Positions 30,061-32,000 of a stretch of 32,000 nucleotides of DNA are shown here, piece after piece. The stretch lies in assembly GCA_963618015.1 (NCBI GenBank), contig CAVEQS010000016.1, positions 7,767 to 39,766 of the forward strand, read 5' to 3'. The DNA comes from a bacterium. Its GTDB lineage: Bacteria > Bacillota > Clostridia > Oscillospirales > Oscillospiraceae. The notes beneath the pieces are model-generated. The model saw only the letters and a program-made list of their open reading frames with translations, had not been told where the DNA came from and did no database searches. Numbering within the stretch: position 1 is the stretch's first letter; every line of letters starts with the position of its first letter. The position numbers were made by a program, and so were the translations under genes.

Positions 30061-31369
30061 GCCGGTGCTCGACCGCGCTCTGCTTCCGGCCGGGTGCACG
30101 GTGCTGTGCGCCGTATCCGGCGGGGCGGACTCGGTGTGTCTGCTCGATCTCGTGCGGCGGCTCGGCGACGTAACGGTGCTCTGCGCCCACTTTGACCACG
30201 GCATCCGCGGCGCGGAGAGCGCGCGGGACGCCGCGTTCGTTGAAGCGCTCTGCGAGGAATGGAGCATCCCGTTCTTTCTCGGCCGGGGCGATGTTCCGGT
30301 GTATGCCAAAGAGCACGGCTTGAGCCTTGAGACCGCGGCGCGGGAGCTGCGCTACGCCTTTCTGGAGCAAACCGCCAAAGAACAAGGCGCCGATGTCATC
30401 GCCACGGCGCACAACTTAAACGATAACGCCGAGACCATCCTCTTTCGCATGGCGCGCGGCACAGGGCTGCGCGGGCTCGCCGGGATCCCGGCGCGGCGCG
30501 GCAGCATCGTCCGGCCGCTTTTGAAAACGCCGCGATGCGACATTGAAGAATATCTCGCCGCGCGAAATATTCCCCATGTGGAGGATTCCACAAACGCGGA
30601 GACGGACGCCGCGCGAAACCGCATCCGGCTTGACGTGCTCCCCGCGCTCGAGAGCATCCACCCCGGTGCGGCGGCGGGCATTGCGCGCATGAGCGAAACG
30701 CTCGCCGAGGACGAGGCGTTTCTCGCCTCGCTTGCGGAGGAAAAGCTCGCCCTCTGGGGCAGCGCGATCCCCGGGAAAGAGCTGTGCTCGCTTCCAAAGT
30801 CTGTTGCGCGGCGCGCTCTCGCGCGCTGGCTCGGCGGAGAGCTCTCGCGCGAGCGCTTTGAAGCGCTCCTTCGCTTCGCCGCCGGAGACGGTGCAGGCGT
30901 GCTGGAGCTGCCGGGGCGGCGCATCCGCCGGGAATTTGGCTCTCTGCGCCTGGAAGAAGAGAGCGCGCCGAAGCTCGAAGAGCGGCCGCTTTCCCCCGGC
31001 GAGACGATCGTTTATCCCCGCCGGTGGCAGATTTCGTGCGAAAGTTGCGCCGCGGGCGCGGAAATTCAAACTTCGTTCAACACTTTTTGCTTTTCATGTG
31101 CCAATATATGTGGTAAACTGACCGTTGCGTCCCGCGCCGCGGGCGATTCGCTTGTGCTGCGCCGCCGCGGCGGCACGCGCTCGGTGAGCAAGCTGCTCGG
31201 CGAGGCGCGCATTCCGGCTTCGCAGCGCGACGGTATTCCCCTCGTGCGCGACGAGGCGGGCGTTTTAGCCGTTTACGGCGTAGGGCAGAGCGAGAGAGCT
31301 TTTCCCGCGCCGGAAGAAGAATTTTATAAAATCACCATTTCGCCAATTTCGGAGGAAGAGAGAGAATGA
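30053..31369 (+). CDS. tilS: tRNA(Ile)-lysidine synthase
   Basis: PP-loop AVSGGADSVCLL and ATAHNLNDNAETILFR. Overlaps dnaB by 8 nt. Confidence 0.9.
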   Translation: MSEPVLDRALLPAGCTVLCAVSGGADSVCLLDLVRRLGDVTVLCAHFDHGIRGAESARDAAFVEALCEEWSIPFFLGRGDVPVYAKEHGLSLETAARELRYAFLEQTAKEQGADVIATAHNLNDNAETILFRMARGTGLRGLAGIPARRGSIVRPLLKTPRCDIEEYLAARNIPHVEDSTNAETDAARNRIRLDVLPALESIHPGAAAGIARMSETLAEDEAFLASLAEEKLALWGSAIPGKELCSLPKSVARRALARWLGGELSRERFEALLRFAAGDGAGVLELPGRRIRREFGSLRLEEESAPKLEERPLSPGETIVYPRRWQISCESCAAGAEIQTSFNTFCFSCANICGKLTVASRAAGDSLVLRRRGGTRSVSKLLGEARIPASQRDGIPLVRDEAGVLAVYGVGQSERAFPAPEEEFYKITISPISEEERE

Positions 31370-31905
31370 GAGAAGATATTGCGTCCATACTGCTCAGTGA
31401 GGAGCAGCTTCACACGCGCGTCCGCGAGCTGGGCGAGGAAATTTCCCGCGACTATGCCGGGAAAGAGCCGCTGTTTGTCGGCGTATTGAAGGGCTGCTTC
31501 ATTTTTATGGCGGATCTGTTTCGCGAAGTGACCATCCCCGGCAGCGTGGACTTCATGGCCGTGTCGTCCTACGGCAACGGCACCTCCACCACGGGCGCGG
31601 TGAAGATCAACAAGGATCTCAGCCAGGACATCGAAAACCGCGACGTGATCATCGTTGAGGACATTCTTGACTCCGGCGTCACGCTCAGCTATCTCACCAA
31701 GTATCTCCAGAACCGCAACCCGAGCTCCATCTGCATCGCGACGCTGCTCGATAAGCCCGCGCGCCGCCGCGCCGATGTGCAGGCGAAGTACGTCGGCTTC
31801 ACCGTGCCGGACGCCTTCGTCGTCGGCTACGGTCTGGACTATGCGGAAAAATACCGCAATCTCCCGTTCATCGGCATTCTCAAGCCGGAAGTTTACGAAA
31901 AATAA
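31366..31905 (+). CDS. hpt: Hypoxanthine phosphoribosyltransferase
   Basis: PRPP-binding loop VIIVEDILDSGVTLSYL and GYGLDYAEKYRNLPFIG. Has an ATGA overlap with tilS. Confidence 0.93.
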   Translation: MREDIASILLSEEQLHTRVRELGEEISRDYAGKEPLFVGVLKGCFIFMADLFREVTIPGSVDFMAVSSYGNGTSTTGAVKINKDLSQDIENRDVIIVEDILDSGVTLSYLTKYLQNRNPSSICIATLLDKPARRRADVQAKYVGFTVPDAFVVGYGLDYAEKYRNLPFIGILKPEVYEK

Positions 31906-31966
31906 ATCTCTGATTTATATATGTCCGCGCCGTCCGGTGGGACGGCAGAAAAGGAAGTGACCGTTT

Positions 31967-32000
31967 TTGAACAACCGACCCTCCCCCAACAAGACCCGCC
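31967..32000 (+). CDS. Possible 5' end of ftsH (partial)
   Basis: Rests only on synteny (tilS-hprT-ftsH is conserved in Firmicutes) plus an RBS-like AAAGGAAG at 31950-31957. That is followed by TTG at 31967 (MNNRPSPNKTR...), or by GTG at 31957, which would overlap this element and leave no separate RBS. Too short to verify. Confidence 0.25.
   Translation, partial: MNNRPSPNKTR

Noticed and set aside
28255-30309. 684-aa ORF on the minus strand
   Set aside because: It is antisense to rplI and dnaB, both unambiguous. It is Arg/Ala/Gly/Leu/His-rich with no motifs. Shadow ORF.

Overview
GC-rich chromosomal segment from a spore-forming Firmicute. The spoIIGA-sigE pair, an HU gene and the gene order point to Clostridia, possibly Oscillospiraceae-like, but the taxon is a guess. 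No rRNA, tRNA, CRISPR array, integrase or transposase is visible.

Most of the window is ordinary core genome:
- 1-5.8 kb (minus strand): an alpha-glucan/maltodextrin locus. It holds a GH13 hydrolase, two CUT1-type ABC permeases, a lipoprotein sugar-binding protein and a LacI regulator with two matching palindromic operators.
- 12.5-21.3 kb: aspS, spoIIGA-sigE, a translationally coupled GNAT-GNAT-DUF212 trio, an esterase, lspA, hup and a SpoVB/MurJ-type flippase.
- 24.1-32 kb: dut, a sugar-nucleotidyltransferase, gdpP-rplI-dnaB and tilS-hpt, with a probable ftsH start at the window edge.

The accessory-looking patches are:
- 5.9-7.5 kb: a secreted, membrane-anchored collagen-like protein.
- 7.7-10.0 kb: a P1B-type ATPase whose CPC metal site is replaced by FSC(A), co-transcribed with an 85-aa membrane protein.
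- 10.2-12.2 kb: mscL with a zinc-ribbon tail, followed by two tandem HExxH (gluzincin-like) paralogues.
- 12.2-12.5 kb and 21.7-22.1 kb: two intergenic islands packed with stem-loops, each where two transcription units converge.
- 21.3-23.1 kb: a lower-GC regulatory islet. It holds an orphan RHH gene and two 80-aa XRE paralogues with identical C-termini but different upstream palindromes. It also holds an 82-aa ORF that by eye resembles the non-DNA-binding C-terminal half of the Spo0A effector domain.

I do not see an obvious multi-gene novel system such as a defence-type nuclease/helicase/ATPase cluster. The candidates above are modest, and their interest scores reflect that. The many long ORFs antisense to real genes are GC-driven shadow ORFs. 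All homology statements come from reading motifs by eye; no searches were run.
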